DNA from: a virus
Lineage: Duplodnaviria > Caudoviricetes
IMG/VR virus record: IMGVR_UViG_3300012232_000008
Span: 1-42,466 of that record
Reading direction: 5' to 3' (one strand)
Length of the DNA stretch: 42,466 nt
Shown here: positions 26,702 through 36,089 of the stretch, piece after piece
Numbering within the stretch: the first letter of the stretch is position 1
Layout of the letters: each line of letters begins with the position of its first letter
Translations under genes and position numbers: made by a program
The notes under the pieces: generated by a model
Databases searched by the model: none
What the model was told of the DNA's origin: nothing
The model's input: the letters and a program-made list of their open reading frames with translations, nothing else

Positions 26702-27133
26702 TTAAAGAAACTCAATTGGTACTCCCTTTCCTTCAGATTTACGACATTCGAAATGGAGGTGTGGGCCCGATGACTTGCCAGTGTTCCCACTAAGGCCAAT
26801 ACGGGTTCCGGCTATAACAAGAGTGCCTTCGGCTATTTCAAGCTTGGACAAATGGGCATAAAACACTGAATATTTAACCCCGTCGATTGTTACAATCTGC
26901 CAAACTCGTAATCCAAAACCCTTTTCATGGTTTTCTTCATCCTGCCAGCCAGCTTTGTACACCATGCCGGACACAGCAGCCACCACTGGGGTGCCTTCTG
27001 GCACTCCAAAATCAATCCCATAATGCATGGCTACATCTTGCTTAGTGATGGGGTCTACACGCATTCCATAAGGACTGGTAATGGGCCAATGCTTGGATAC
27101 AGGGCTATTCACCTTTAACATCATGTTCTCCAT
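26702..27133 (-). CDS. M23 family peptidoglycan peptidase (endolysin candidate)
   Basis: ITSPYGMR, HYGIDF, YAHL, GNTGKSSGPHLHFE. Confidence 0.92.
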   Translation of the reverse strand: MENMMLKVNSPVSKHWPITSPYGMRVDPITKQDVAMHYGIDFGVPEGTPVVAAVSGMVYKAGWQDEENHEKGFGLRVWQIVTIDGVKYSVFYAHLSKLEIAEGTLVIAGTRIGLSGNTGKSSGPHLHFECRKSEGKGVPIEFL

Positions 27134-27347
27134 CGGCTCTTAGGAATAGAGTATTTCCATAATTTTTAGACATATCCTCTGCCACTTGCTCAGGGGTACG
27201 ATTGGTTTGACTAACACAATTTATACGTCCTTCTTCAGCAAGTTCTGTAAGAATTTCTACACGCTCTTCTTCAGTTTCTGCATTACGCTCCATACAGCGT
27301 TTATAGAACTCAATAGCAGTGTCTACATCCATATTCCAAAGAATCAT
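27105..27347 (-). CDS. Hypothetical acidic protein
   Basis: ATGA-coupled to the protease gene. Confidence 0.55.
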   Translation of the reverse strand: MILWNMDVDTAIEFYKRCMERNAETEEERVEILTELAEEGRINCVSQTNRTPEQVAEDMSKNYGNTLFLRADGEHDVKGE

Positions 27348-28042
27348 TCGTCTAAGCCTCTAAAGGTACTGAGGAAGATACGGATAGTATCGGGAGTGAT
27401 GGCAAATGACATCCCATCTGCGTCTGATAGTTTCATGGCACTAAGACCAATAAGTTCCCCATTTAAGTTAAACACAGGCCCCCCACTGTTCCCACCATTG
27501 GTAGGAAGATCAGACTGTGTATAGGTGTAGCGTTCATAGATGTTTCTATTCAGATGGCTAATCATTCCATGGGAGGAGCTAAAGTTTAGTCCAGCCGGGT
27601 TACCAATAGTGATGATTTCCTGTCCCACTTGCAGCCTGCCTCTAGAGAGAGAGGCTTTAGGAGTGAACCAAGAAACAGGTATTTTAAGGAGGGCTAAGTC
27701 TTTCCCGGTATCTTTGTACAACACTTCAGCGGGCACTCGACTATCTCCATATTTTATCACTGTAATGGTGGTACTCAATCCGACATTAAACAGGTGAGCA
27801 CAAGTCAATACATGGCCGTTATGGCTAATAAACACCCCAGCACCTACAAAAGTAACAGGAACTGTTTCAGTATGGACAGAGAATTTTTCCCCATCAAATG
27901 AAAGCATAGTTTGTTTCATAACAGTTTGTACTTCTATCATTACAGTTTTTCTTTGTGAGTCATTAACTACATCAACAAATCTGTCATTATAATTAGAACA
28001 GGCAGCCAAAGACAGGGCAAATAGGGCAATAAACTTTTTCAC
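27344..28042 (-). CDS. Trypsin-like (HtrA/DegP-type S1) serine protease, lipoprotein, no PDZ domain
   Basis: Lipobox LSLAA-C; triad TCAH, KDLALL, GNSGGP. Confidence 0.92.
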   Translation of the reverse strand: MKKFIALFALSLAACSNYNDRFVDVVNDSQRKTVMIEVQTVMKQTMLSFDGEKFSVHTETVPVTFVGAGVFISHNGHVLTCAHLFNVGLSTTITVIKYGDSRVPAEVLYKDTGKDLALLKIPVSWFTPKASLSRGRLQVGQEIITIGNPAGLNFSSSHGMISHLNRNIYERYTYTQSDLPTNGGNSGGPVFNLNGELIGLSAMKLSDADGMSFAITPDTIRIFLSTFRGLDE

Positions 28043-28824
28043 GATTTCTCCTTTAAAAGGGCTTTCTTTTTTTCTGTAGACAAAAGATTCTCAGCGCCTC
28101 GTGGCCACTTCCCACACTCTTTACAATGATAGATACGGAATTTTCCCGTATCAGTACGGGCGTATCCACGGGGGACAAGATTGGTACTACCACACCGACA
28201 CCTAACAATATCGTCCTCATAATAAACTGCTAGGTTCTGGGTTTTAATCCATCCTCGGAGCCTCTCAAACAGTTCTTCGGTCGAGAGGACATCATGAATG
28301 CAATATTTTCTCATCTCAGCCCAAGCCTGTTTGTTTCCGGCTAAAACAGCCTTCCACAGCTCAAATCCAGGGAATTTCTTATGTTTAAGTTTTTTGTACT
28401 TAACATTAAACATTCGAGACAAATACTCTAAGGAATGAGAAGTAAAACTAAACACTTTTCGACTTTCTTTCAAAAGATCAGTACTTTTAAAAGGTTTAAC
28501 AGGAGGAAGACCATGCATTACGGCCCTAGCATTAAATTTCTTAATGTCAAATTTATCCCCATTCTGGGTGATGACAATATCAGCCTGGTTTAGAAGCTTC
28601 CAAAGGCCAATGACAATGGCTTTATCATCTTGAGGATCTTTACACTGCCTATTGTCCATATATTGAATCTTAGAAGAAGGCTCCCCTCGCCATTTTCCCG
28701 CCCAAGCCAATATAGACCAATCCTTTTTTAAGAGACCTAAATTAAGATTTTGCTCATGCAGCCCCCAGGCATATGTAGTGAGCGGCGCTGTCTCGATATC
28801 AAAAACTAGTTCTTTAACTTTCAT
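28039..28824 (-). CDS. RNase H-like / DnaQ-type 3'-5' exonuclease with C-terminal zinc ribbon
   Basis: FDIET, QNGDKFD, YCIHDV; CRCGS...CKECG. Confidence 0.85.
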   Translation of the reverse strand: MKVKELVFDIETAPLTTYAWGLHEQNLNLGLLKKDWSILAWAGKWRGEPSSKIQYMDNRQCKDPQDDKAIVIGLWKLLNQADIVITQNGDKFDIKKFNARAVMHGLPPVKPFKSTDLLKESRKVFSFTSHSLEYLSRMFNVKYKKLKHKKFPGFELWKAVLAGNKQAWAEMRKYCIHDVLSTEELFERLRGWIKTQNLAVYYEDDIVRCRCGSTNLVPRGYARTDTGKFRIYHCKECGKWPRGAENLLSTEKKKALLKEKS

Positions 28825-29001
28825 TTATTGATCCTTATTTAAAGCGTCTTCTTCAATAACTAATTCGCCATTCACATAGTAACCCGCGCCCGCTAAAAAT
28901 AACTGGATAGCTTCAAGTACTTGAGGAAGAGTACTTTCTGCTGATAATTCGACAGTTGTTTTTGGGCTGTCTTTGTCAAATTGATAACTAAGCAATATCA
29001 T
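28825..29001 (-). CDS. 58-aa hypothetical protein
   Basis: Manual translation MILLSYQFDKD...QLFLAGAGY; AGGAG RBS; fills the gap exactly. Confidence 0.55.
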   Translation of the reverse strand: MILLSYQFDKDSPKTTVELSAESTLPQVLEAIQLFLAGAGYYVNGELVIEEDALNKDQ

Positions 29002-29033
29002 ACGGCTTGCTCCTTTTGAGCCATTCGTCCATA

Positions 29034-29399
29034 TCAGCCCCGGTTACGATTAGCTTTCTTCGTTTCCCTACGGATCTTGTTTTCTTTTTTAGATTTTTCT
29101 TGATGACACTCATGGCAAATAGCTGAAAGCTCTTCAGAAGTTTCAACAAAACGACGCTTAATATATTCATCCCAAGTAGTGAAACCCTCAGCAGGACGGA
29201 TACAAGGAATTTTGTGGTCGATCTCAATACGCTCTCTTTCTTCTTTGCAGTTTTCACAGACATACCAACCTTTTTTTGTGGGATGCTTAGCCCTCTTTTT
29301 AGCCTCTAGTCTTGGTGGCCAATAAATCCAGGATTTTCCCAACCCACTTAAAATTATTGACCTAAGACTCCTTTTCTTTTTCATTAAACTTTTCCTCAA
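29034..29399 (-). CDS. HNH endonuclease
   Basis: CENC...IEIDHKIP...LSAICHECHQEKS. Confidence 0.85.
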   Translation of the reverse strand: MRKSLMKKKRSLRSIILSGLGKSWIYWPPRLEAKKRAKHPTKKGWYVCENCKEERERIEIDHKIPCIRPAEGFTTWDEYIKRRFVETSEELSAICHECHQEKSKKENKIRRETKKANRNRG

Positions 29400-29541
29400 G
29401 AGCCGTGACTGAATATACTAGTCCCAAAATAAGTACCATAAACCCAATCAAGCAAAGAATTAAACCGTTTGAACTGCCCAACAAAGCGCCGATTAGCATC
29501 ACCACTGACCCGGCTAGTCTCATTTGTCTAAATAGGCTCAT
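29362..29541 (-). CDS. Small two-helix membrane protein
   Basis: Manual translation MSLFRQMRLAGSVVMLIGALLG...LIGFMVLILGLVY. Confidence 0.45.
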   Translation of the reverse strand: MSLFRQMRLAGSVVMLIGALLGSSNGLILCLIGFMVLILGLVYSVTALEEKFNEKEKES

Positions 29542-29542
29542 A

Positions 29543-29896
29543 TTATCCCTGCCTCAAGTCATATCTTGGTTGTGGAACTGCTGTGTCTTCATCATGGGAC
29601 TCGCTCAAATGATTGCCTTGCTTAAGCCACAGAATGTAGCAGTAGGTGGCTATTTTAAGAAGGTCCTTTTCTCTCTGAAAATTCTTAAAACGAAATAAGT
29701 ACTTCATCATGGTTCCAAGGATCCAATCAAACTCAGTGTCTCCACCAAATACTGAGGAAATCACATCTGTAGCTTCACGATCATTAAAACCAGGAAGCTT
29801 GTATTTATCTCCACCATGATTGAACTGATTACTAATAAGCTCAGCAAACTTATCGAAATTCTCTCTCTTTACATCAACCGTTGTACCAAGAGTCAT
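29543..29896 (-). CDS. DUF3310 / T7 gp1.7-like protein (putative nucleotide kinase fold)
   Basis: EATDVI...ILGTMMKYLFRF....EKDLLKIATY matches the G..IKYL.R...EDL.KA..Y pattern. Confidence 0.65.
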   Translation of the reverse strand: MTLGTTVDVKRENFDKFAELISNQFNHGGDKYKLPGFNDREATDVISSVFGGDTEFDWILGTMMKYLFRFKNFQREKDLLKIATYCYILWLKQGNHLSESHDEDTAVPQPRYDLRQG

Positions 29897-30279
29897 TTTT
29901 GATTACCTTCCTTATCTCTAAATTTTTCATCAATAATATCTAAAACCTTATCGTACTCTTTAAGATCACCATTACGTGCTATGCATTCATCCTCATAAAT
30001 ACCACCAACTCGACGATAAAACTCGTCATAAGCCACTTCCATGGCTCCGTGCCGTTCAATGGCCGACACTCCGTTGTTATGAAGAGTTGTAGCCACATCC
30101 ACCACCTCTGGATATTCAAATGGGAAGGTGTTGAGTCTATAGATGGTTTCGTATTTAGGCTCTCGTGCAAAAACATGCAAATAGGCCTGAGTATATAAAT
30201 AATTCCAATCACCAGGCTCAGTGGCCTGTAACGGATCCTCAGAGAGTAATTTCTTGCGCTGGTCTGTCAAGTAAGGCAT
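29893..30279 (-). CDS. DUF6899-like protein
   Basis: MPY...PGDWNY...GAME.A..EFYRRV...YED..I..NGD. Confidence 0.7.
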   Translation of the reverse strand: MPYLTDQRKKLLSEDPLQATEPGDWNYLYTQAYLHVFAREPKYETIYRLNTFPFEYPEVVDVATTLHNNGVSAIERHGAMEVAYDEFYRRVGGIYEDECIARNGDLKEYDKVLDIIDEKFRDKEGNQK

Positions 30280-30433
30280 TGGATGTCTCCTCTTTAGGTG
30301 TAATAGAATCTATAAGATTACGTATAATAAATGCATTCTCAGCTAGTTCTTTCATACGTCTTTCAATCTTTGAAAGCCTCTTTTCCAGCTTCTCTTTAGT
30401 GAGTCTCACTTGTCGGCCTCTAGTTCTCATCAT
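30239..30433 (-). CDS. Small coiled-coil protein
   Basis: GGAGG RBS; ORF track. Confidence 0.5.
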   Translation of the reverse strand: MMRTRGRQVRLTKEKLEKRLSKIERRMKELAENAFIIRNLIDSITPKEETSNALLDRPAQEITL

Positions 30434-30456
30434 TCCTCCAAATTAAACCGCTTTAC

Positions 30457-30996
30457 TTACCTAACTAATTCGCTCAGTTTGTTCTTAAAATCCTTCCACA
30501 TACTAGGGAACCAAAACTTAAGTCTCCATAGCACTCTCTGTTTTCGAGACAAAAAATTATTAGAAAGAAACTTTGCGGCCTGTACTTCATTCCTACACAC
30601 AAAATCACTTTGATGCTTGGCTATAAACCCCGGCTTAGGGTTAATAAACACCGTGATTTTCCACAAACTTCCTCTAGCTTTCACCATTTCAAAGATACTT
30701 CCCTGACTCTTCATTCCATCTCTTGGGAACACAAAGGCTTGGCTTTTACGTATCTGTTTTCCATCCTTCGCCCAAATCATATCTCCTGTCACTCCGGGAC
30801 GATTACCGATCACTTTCTTATTATCTTTAATACCTTCTCCGGGCACCGGACTATTTACTTTAACCCCATAGGTTATGTAAGTTTTTCGTTGACGACGATA
30901 AGTGGCCCAGATTTGTTTCCCTGTCTTATTTGTCATAGGTAAAGCTGGATACACAGAGAGAGAAGGCCCTATCCACCATTGATACAAATTAAGCAT
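30457..30996 (-). CDS. Basic hypothetical protein
   Basis: TAATG-coupled to the polymerase gene. Confidence 0.6.
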   Translation of the reverse strand: MLNLYQWWIGPSLSVYPALPMTNKTGKQIWATYRRQRKTYITYGVKVNSPVPGEGIKDNKKVIGNRPGVTGDMIWAKDGKQIRKSQAFVFPRDGMKSQGSIFEMVKARGSLWKITVFINPKPGFIAKHQSDFVCRNEVQAAKFLSNNFLSRKQRVLWRLKFWFPSMWKDFKNKLSELVR

Positions 30997-32792
30997 TAAT
31001 GTGCCTCCGACCAGCTCTTACCTGTTTTAACATTCACAACTAATGGAACATTAAGAGTAGTGATATTAGACATAGTATACAGCACATATTCAGATATTTC
31101 AAGTACTTTATCATCACTAATTTCATAATCAAGCTCATCATGGACAGCTAATACAGGTACTATGCCTTTCTCTTTTTGCATCCTTAAAGCAGCTAGTTTG
31201 CACATATCAGCAGCTGTACCCTGTACTCGAATGCTTATAGCGCTTCGCTCTGCTTCTTCTCTCATGAAACACTGTTTACAAAACCCAGGTAGAGAAGAAC
31301 AGTTAGAACGTCCACAAGTTAGTTTAAGTTGTGGGATATTCACCCACCGCCCAAACCAAGTACTTATGCCCCCCAAGGAGCGAGCTTGCCGTTTCTCATG
31401 TGCCATCCACTCGGCAAGGGTATGGTAACCTTCCCAGAACTTCTTGTAGAGCTCTTTTGCTTCTTCTTCTTCAACTTGAAGCTCTGAGGCAAGTCTTTTA
31501 GCGGTCCCACTGTTTGTGAGGAGGAAATTACATGTTTTTGCTTTCGCTCTTTTTTCTTTAAACTGAGCCTCTGGGATGGAAAATACATTATCTCCGAAAA
31601 GGAGCCTAGCGGTCCTATTGTGTAAGTCGCCATCATGTTTCGATAGTTCTTCGATGAAGCCCATTTCTCCGGCAAAATGAGCGGGGAGTCTGAGTTCAAT
31701 GTTGCTCCAATCTGCGCCGATGAGGCTATGACCTTCTTTAGCGATAAAGGCCTCCCTAACAGCTTGCGGTTGATTTTGGAGATTAACCGGATCACTCGAC
31801 GATAAACGTCCCGTAATTGTATTCTGACTAAACCTCGCATGTATTCGATTATCTTTGTCTTTAACTGCATTAACGTATAACGGTATAGTGTATGTAGAGC
31901 AGACTTTTTGGTGTTTTCGGTATTTAAGGAGATTTGCGACAACAGGTTTGTCAGAGAAAGGTTGGAGTGCTTCTTCAGCTGTGGATTGAGTAACAATACC
32001 GCATCTTCGAAACCCATCAAGTAGTTGCTTCGGGCTATTTGGATTGATTCCCTGGATTCCGATTGTTTCAATAAAACCTTTCTTCGCTTTCCGTCTTTCT
32101 TTCGAGTGCTCATTATGAATTCTCCTTATGGCTTTGGTATCAATCATGACACCCTGTTGTTCCATTTCGTAAATCAGTTTTGTCATGGGCAGTTCTATTG
32201 TCCGGTAAAAATTCCACTGAACAGCATTAAAATGCTCTCTAAAATACATCCAAAGTTTATAGGTCCAATAAATGTCTTGGGCGTTGTAATTCGCTACAAT
32301 TTCTTTAGGAAGATCTTTAAGAGACAGCTGCCTCGGTAATAGTTGTGAACCTTTCTTTCCAATGGCGTACAAATCAGGGTTGTTTAAACAGGCCTCTTCA
32401 ATCAGTTTCTTGTCTGTAGTGAGTTCATCGTATGTAGGCCATACAGCTCCGAACATATCTTCAGATAACTTCTTAAGCCCATAGGTCTTTCTAGAAGAGT
32501 CTGAAACATAGGCCATTATCTGGGTGTCGTCATGAAGATGCTCAATCGTTACTCCATACCGAGCGAGCCAAGGAATCTCTGCACCTTTAGCGTTGTGACA
32601 TACTAGCCTGGAGGTTCTTAGAAGATTGATTAAATCAGCATGTATATTAAAATATACATATACATCTTCCCCATTACCTGATACACCAATACATACAATC
32701 TCTAACTCATCCCCTTCTTTGCCATTAGTTTCAACATCACAAACCAATATGGTTTCTTTAGGATATTCACCAGAATCAATAATAACATTCAT
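30996..32792 (-). CDS. polA: Family A DNA polymerase (3'-5' exonuclease plus polymerase, no 5' nuclease), divergent motif B
   Basis: ExoI DVET, ExoIII YNAQD, NPNSPKQL, TGRLSS..NLQN, motif A DWSNIELR, motif C VHDEL. Confidence 0.93.
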   Translation of the reverse strand: MNVIIDSGEYPKETILVCDVETNGKEGDELEIVCIGVSGNGEDVYVYFNIHADLINLLRTSRLVCHNAKGAEIPWLARYGVTIEHLHDDTQIMAYVSDSSRKTYGLKKLSEDMFGAVWPTYDELTTDKKLIEEACLNNPDLYAIGKKGSQLLPRQLSLKDLPKEIVANYNAQDIYWTYKLWMYFREHFNAVQWNFYRTIELPMTKLIYEMEQQGVMIDTKAIRRIHNEHSKERRKAKKGFIETIGIQGINPNSPKQLLDGFRRCGIVTQSTAEEALQPFSDKPVVANLLKYRKHQKVCSTYTIPLYVNAVKDKDNRIHARFSQNTITGRLSSSDPVNLQNQPQAVREAFIAKEGHSLIGADWSNIELRLPAHFAGEMGFIEELSKHDGDLHNRTARLLFGDNVFSIPEAQFKEKRAKAKTCNFLLTNSGTAKRLASELQVEEEEAKELYKKFWEGYHTLAEWMAHEKRQARSLGGISTWFGRWVNIPQLKLTCGRSNCSSLPGFCKQCFMREEAERSAISIRVQGTAADMCKLAALRMQKEKGIVPVLAVHDELDYEISDDKVLEISEYVLYTMSNITTLNVPLVVNVKTGKSWSEAH

Positions 32793-34357
32793 TATAAATA
32801 CCCAGAGTTTCGAACAATAAACCCACTACTATTTTCCTCAATAGAAATTGCAAAGTCTGGATGCTTCTTTGTATAGCGCCGTTTGCTGTGTTCCAAGAAA
32901 ACTACCCCATCCTTTTCATTCAAAGAAATAATTTGATCCACAGCGTCTCCGTGGGCAGAAGAACCTCTAACACGTTTTCCCCCCGACAGTTGTACCCCAG
33001 GAGTTCCTTTGTTCTCATGATGAATAAACAACATCCCACAACCATACTCTTCACATAAGGGAAGAATTAACTCGTCGAAGAAATATCGAGTGTCTTTACT
33101 GGAGTTTTCGTCGAGCGTGTGGCATGATGCAAGAGAATCAATAACAACTAATACTGGTTTTACTTTAGCTATTTGCTCTTTAAGCCAAAGGTAGTCTCTT
33201 TCATCGGACAATTTAAGATGGTTTCCGATAACAAAATGTAAATCCAAATCATTAGACTGGAGTCCTTTAGGAGCAAGAAGCTGAGAAAGCCTATGAGAAG
33301 CAAGGTTTCTCGCGTTCTCATTATCCACATATATAACCGGGCCATGGGCCACGTCAAACTCTCCAAGCCATTTTCCATATCCTTTCTTCCTTGCAATTTC
33401 AATTACTAAATCAGTGGTGATAAAACTCTTTCCTCGTCCTTGCCAGCCAGCAAAGATTGTCCGGGTATTTTGTGGAATGAGTCCTGGTACTAGAAACTTA
33501 GGGGGCTTGTTATATTGAGTAACAAGCTGTGTTGCAGACAGAAGAGATACATTTCTCGGCTGAGCCTTAATTTTCTCTACAAAAGTACTGGTGTATTCCC
33601 CCTTCTGAAATCTCTCGGTTAAATCTTTTAGTGTTGCTTCAAGGCGATCTGGAGACATTGGAGGTTGGTTATTTTTATTCCATTCTCGAATGTGGGCTGA
33701 AGCAAGGTCTAGAGGCATAGTGTTAGCATAGTAGCCGAACAGCTTCAGCAAAGCTCCATGCCTATCTCCTTCACCCACTCCCTGTAATGTCTCTTCAATC
33801 CATAAGTCTGTGTTACCTAACACTTGTGGAGAAGTAGGAGCTGTTAGGTAATCTCTTTTATCTAAGAGTTCAATAAGCCATGGTGGAGCCTCCGCCAAAG
33901 ACTCCTCATTTTCCCAGGCATATCGCCCTGAATTGTCTGAGAAACAACTTGGGGGAAGCTTGCAATATCCCCCAGCACCTCGAACATCGACCCCCGGCAA
34001 CAGCCCTCCGATTGTGGTTTTGGCAGTAAGGCCATCGGGATATTTAAAGTGATGCTGCAGGCCCCGAAGTGTGCGGGTAGTTGCCGTAACAGGGATAGCA
34101 TACGATGAAACTGATTTTCGTCCATCTTCTCCATCAATATCGAGTATGAGCCGCTTGCTAATAGGGCCTGTGATACATCCAATGTCTGCTGTTGGCCACG
34201 TTTCCCACCACTTTTTAATTTCTTCTTCACTTGCTTGTCTCCCTTGAAAGTCTTTCCATAGCACTAATGGAATTTTCTCTTTAGGTGAAATGGGAATAAT
34301 GGATAGGCCTTGACGCACATAAAATAGAGCCCAATCTAAGAGGGATGTATCACTCAC
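32792..34357 (-). CDS. Bifunctional primase-polymerase (Prim-Pol) plus PriCT-1 plus RecA-like helicase
   Basis: ILDIDG, GLQHHF, VDVRGAGGY..LPPS; EGDRH; Walker A GWQGRGKS, Walker B VVIDS, IHHENK, RGSS. Confidence 0.9.
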   Translation of the reverse strand: MSDTSLLDWALFYVRQGLSIIPISPKEKIPLVLWKDFQGRQASEEEIKKWWETWPTADIGCITGPISKRLILDIDGEDGRKSVSSYAIPVTATTRTLRGLQHHFKYPDGLTAKTTIGGLLPGVDVRGAGGYCKLPPSCFSDNSGRYAWENEESLAEAPPWLIELLDKRDYLTAPTSPQVLGNTDLWIEETLQGVGEGDRHGALLKLFGYYANTMPLDLASAHIREWNKNNQPPMSPDRLEATLKDLTERFQKGEYTSTFVEKIKAQPRNVSLLSATQLVTQYNKPPKFLVPGLIPQNTRTIFAGWQGRGKSFITTDLVIEIARKKGYGKWLGEFDVAHGPVIYVDNENARNLASHRLSQLLAPKGLQSNDLDLHFVIGNHLKLSDERDYLWLKEQIAKVKPVLVVIDSLASCHTLDENSSKDTRYFFDELILPLCEEYGCGMLFIHHENKGTPGVQLSGGKRVRGSSAHGDAVDQIISLNEKDGVVFLEHSKRRYTKKHPDFAISIEENSSGFIVRNSGYL

Positions 34358-35018
34358 CTCTCTTCACCTTCCATTTGTCCCTTTTCTTAAAGAAATTCAC
34401 TACGTCAAGAGCAGCTAAAAAAATAGGGAAATATTTCTCTTCTAAATCATGCATTTCAATTACCTCAAATTGCACTTTTTTATTGGGATCTTTTTCCACT
34501 CTTAATATAGCCCCGTCTTTAATAGTGATACCATGCTCGATTCGAGCTGCATGAGCATAAGCAGCTGCTTGTAAATAGTACCCAAGCTTAAACTCTTTGC
34601 TTGTTTTCCAATCAATAATCCATGGGGTTGTATCTTCTCCAAATGTACACAAAAGATCTGGATGGCCTTCGTATCCGTATCGCTCACATTGAAGGGTACA
34701 TTCCACAGCTGGGCTGTCATTGATGGTAAGAGGCTTAGCTTGGGTTTCTTTGCACCAATTAACAAGAAGCGAGCCGCATGCTTTTTGTCTCTCAGATAGC
34801 TCCGGGAGCGGCGAGCCAATCAGATAGTTCTCCACCATCTTATGCACTCCCGTCCCAAAAGCTGAGCTTTCACGTGTTATTCGTTCACATTCTTCAACAC
34901 TACCAACACTCTTTACCCAGTACTGATACCAACTAGCGTTAACAAAATCTATAACCTCCGTGACTCGAAGATATTTACGCTGAGGTTTGGGCATAATCTC
35001 TCCGATTTGTAAAGCCAT
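34350..35018 (-). CDS. PD-(D/E)XK exonuclease
   Basis: RVTEVI, FGTGVH, GHPDLL, IIDWKTS, LQAAAY. Confidence 0.88.
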   Translation of the reverse strand: MALQIGEIMPKPQRKYLRVTEVIDFVNASWYQYWVKSVGSVEECERITRESSAFGTGVHKMVENYLIGSPLPELSERQKACGSLLVNWCKETQAKPLTINDSPAVECTLQCERYGYEGHPDLLCTFGEDTTPWIIDWKTSKEFKLGYYLQAAAYAHAARIEHGITIKDGAILRVEKDPNKKVQFEVIEMHDLEEKYFPIFLAALDVVNFFKKRDKWKVKRGE

Positions 35019-35075
35019 TATGTTTAACTACCGTAAGTCGAGTAAATGTTTGACCGACTAAACTAATAAAAGCAC

Positions 35076-35573
35076 TCATTTTTTTGAATCATAGAGGCGT
35101 AGTGAAAATTCAAAAACTTCTTTGAGAATCTCCAAACTTTCTTGAAGGCGCTTTCCAACTACCAATTGTGCAACACTAGGCGACTCTAAGGTAGATTTAA
35201 GCAGTGCTTGTAGCTCAATAGTACGGTTACGATCAGCCCAGTCAGCCTTTGTCATTTTTTCGTCTTCTGTCTTCTTCACAGCTGGTTTAACAGGTGTCTC
35301 ACCCATAGGAGCTTTAGTTTCAGTGAGAGTAGTCTTAGGAAGAGCTGGGATGGGAGGAACAGACGTTTTAACACCATCGAGTTTTAAAAACTTATTAATA
35401 CTCTTCCCGCCTTTAGGTCCGGTATACACATCAAATTCATACTGAGCACCTTCTTCAAATGAATCGGGCGTGACATCTTTAAGAAACTTACTGATACTGT
35501 AATTAAGCCCATCTGTCCCTCTAACACCAAACTTCGTACGTTTTTCAACTGTAATAACTTGTTTATCTGACAT
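35076..35573 (-). CDS. Putative OB-fold ssDNA-binding or recombination protein
   Basis: Beta-rich N-terminus, Pro/Thr linker, helical C-terminus; position beside exonuclease; function inferred. Confidence 0.45.
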   Translation of the reverse strand: MSDKQVITVEKRTKFGVRGTDGLNYSISKFLKDVTPDSFEEGAQYEFDVYTGPKGGKSINKFLKLDGVKTSVPPIPALPKTTLTETKAPMGETPVKPAVKKTEDEKMTKADWADRNRTIELQALLKSTLESPSVAQLVVGKRLQESLEILKEVFEFSLRLYDSKK

Positions 35574-35898
35574 TTTCTTCTCCTATAACTATTTGTTTTG
35601 GATTCCAATAAATATTTGTTTCTTCAATATTTCCTTGAGGAACAACATCGTAGTACCACCAACGTCTATCGGCTTGTGTAAATTCTTCTTTTGTCTTGAA
35701 GAGAGTTTGAACAGCGTGAATGGCCTCAGCATGGGTAAAACCAATCCCAACAACCTTATCTGTTCCTACTGGAAGGGAGCGTTTATGGATGTTATAGAGT
35801 TTCCCATTAGGAGCAGCCTTATACTTTGGCCTCTCTTGGATAACACCGTCAGTGTTAATAACGCGCATTCGTTTTTGAAACTCTCTTACGAAGTCCAT
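35563..35898 (-). CDS. Hypothetical protein
   Basis: AGGAGG RBS. Confidence 0.6.
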   Translation of the reverse strand: MDFVREFQKRMRVINTDGVIQERPKYKAAPNGKLYNIHKRSLPVGTDKVVGIGFTHAEAIHAVQTLFKTKEEFTQADRRWWYYDVVPQGNIEETNIYWNPKQIVIGEENVR

Positions 35899-36089
35899 AC
35901 AGCCTCCTATTTAGCTACCACAAGCAAAAATATAACTGTAACAACCATTAAAAAGGCTAAAAAACTAACTGCTACACTGTCACATTTCTTACAACTCAAA
36001 CAACCATCAGGGTCTGTATATTTATATTGAATACCATGAGTTTTACATTTATTTTGCATTTTTTTTCCTTTAGTAAAAATCCACAACTC

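Noticed and set aside
31364-32113. 249-aa alternative-frame ORF inside polA
   Set aside because: No motifs or clear RBS; treated as a frame shadow
34350-35018. Cas4 / CRISPR adaptation gene
   Set aside because: No Cas4 Cys cluster, array or cas neighbours; typical phage PD-(D/E)XK exonuclease
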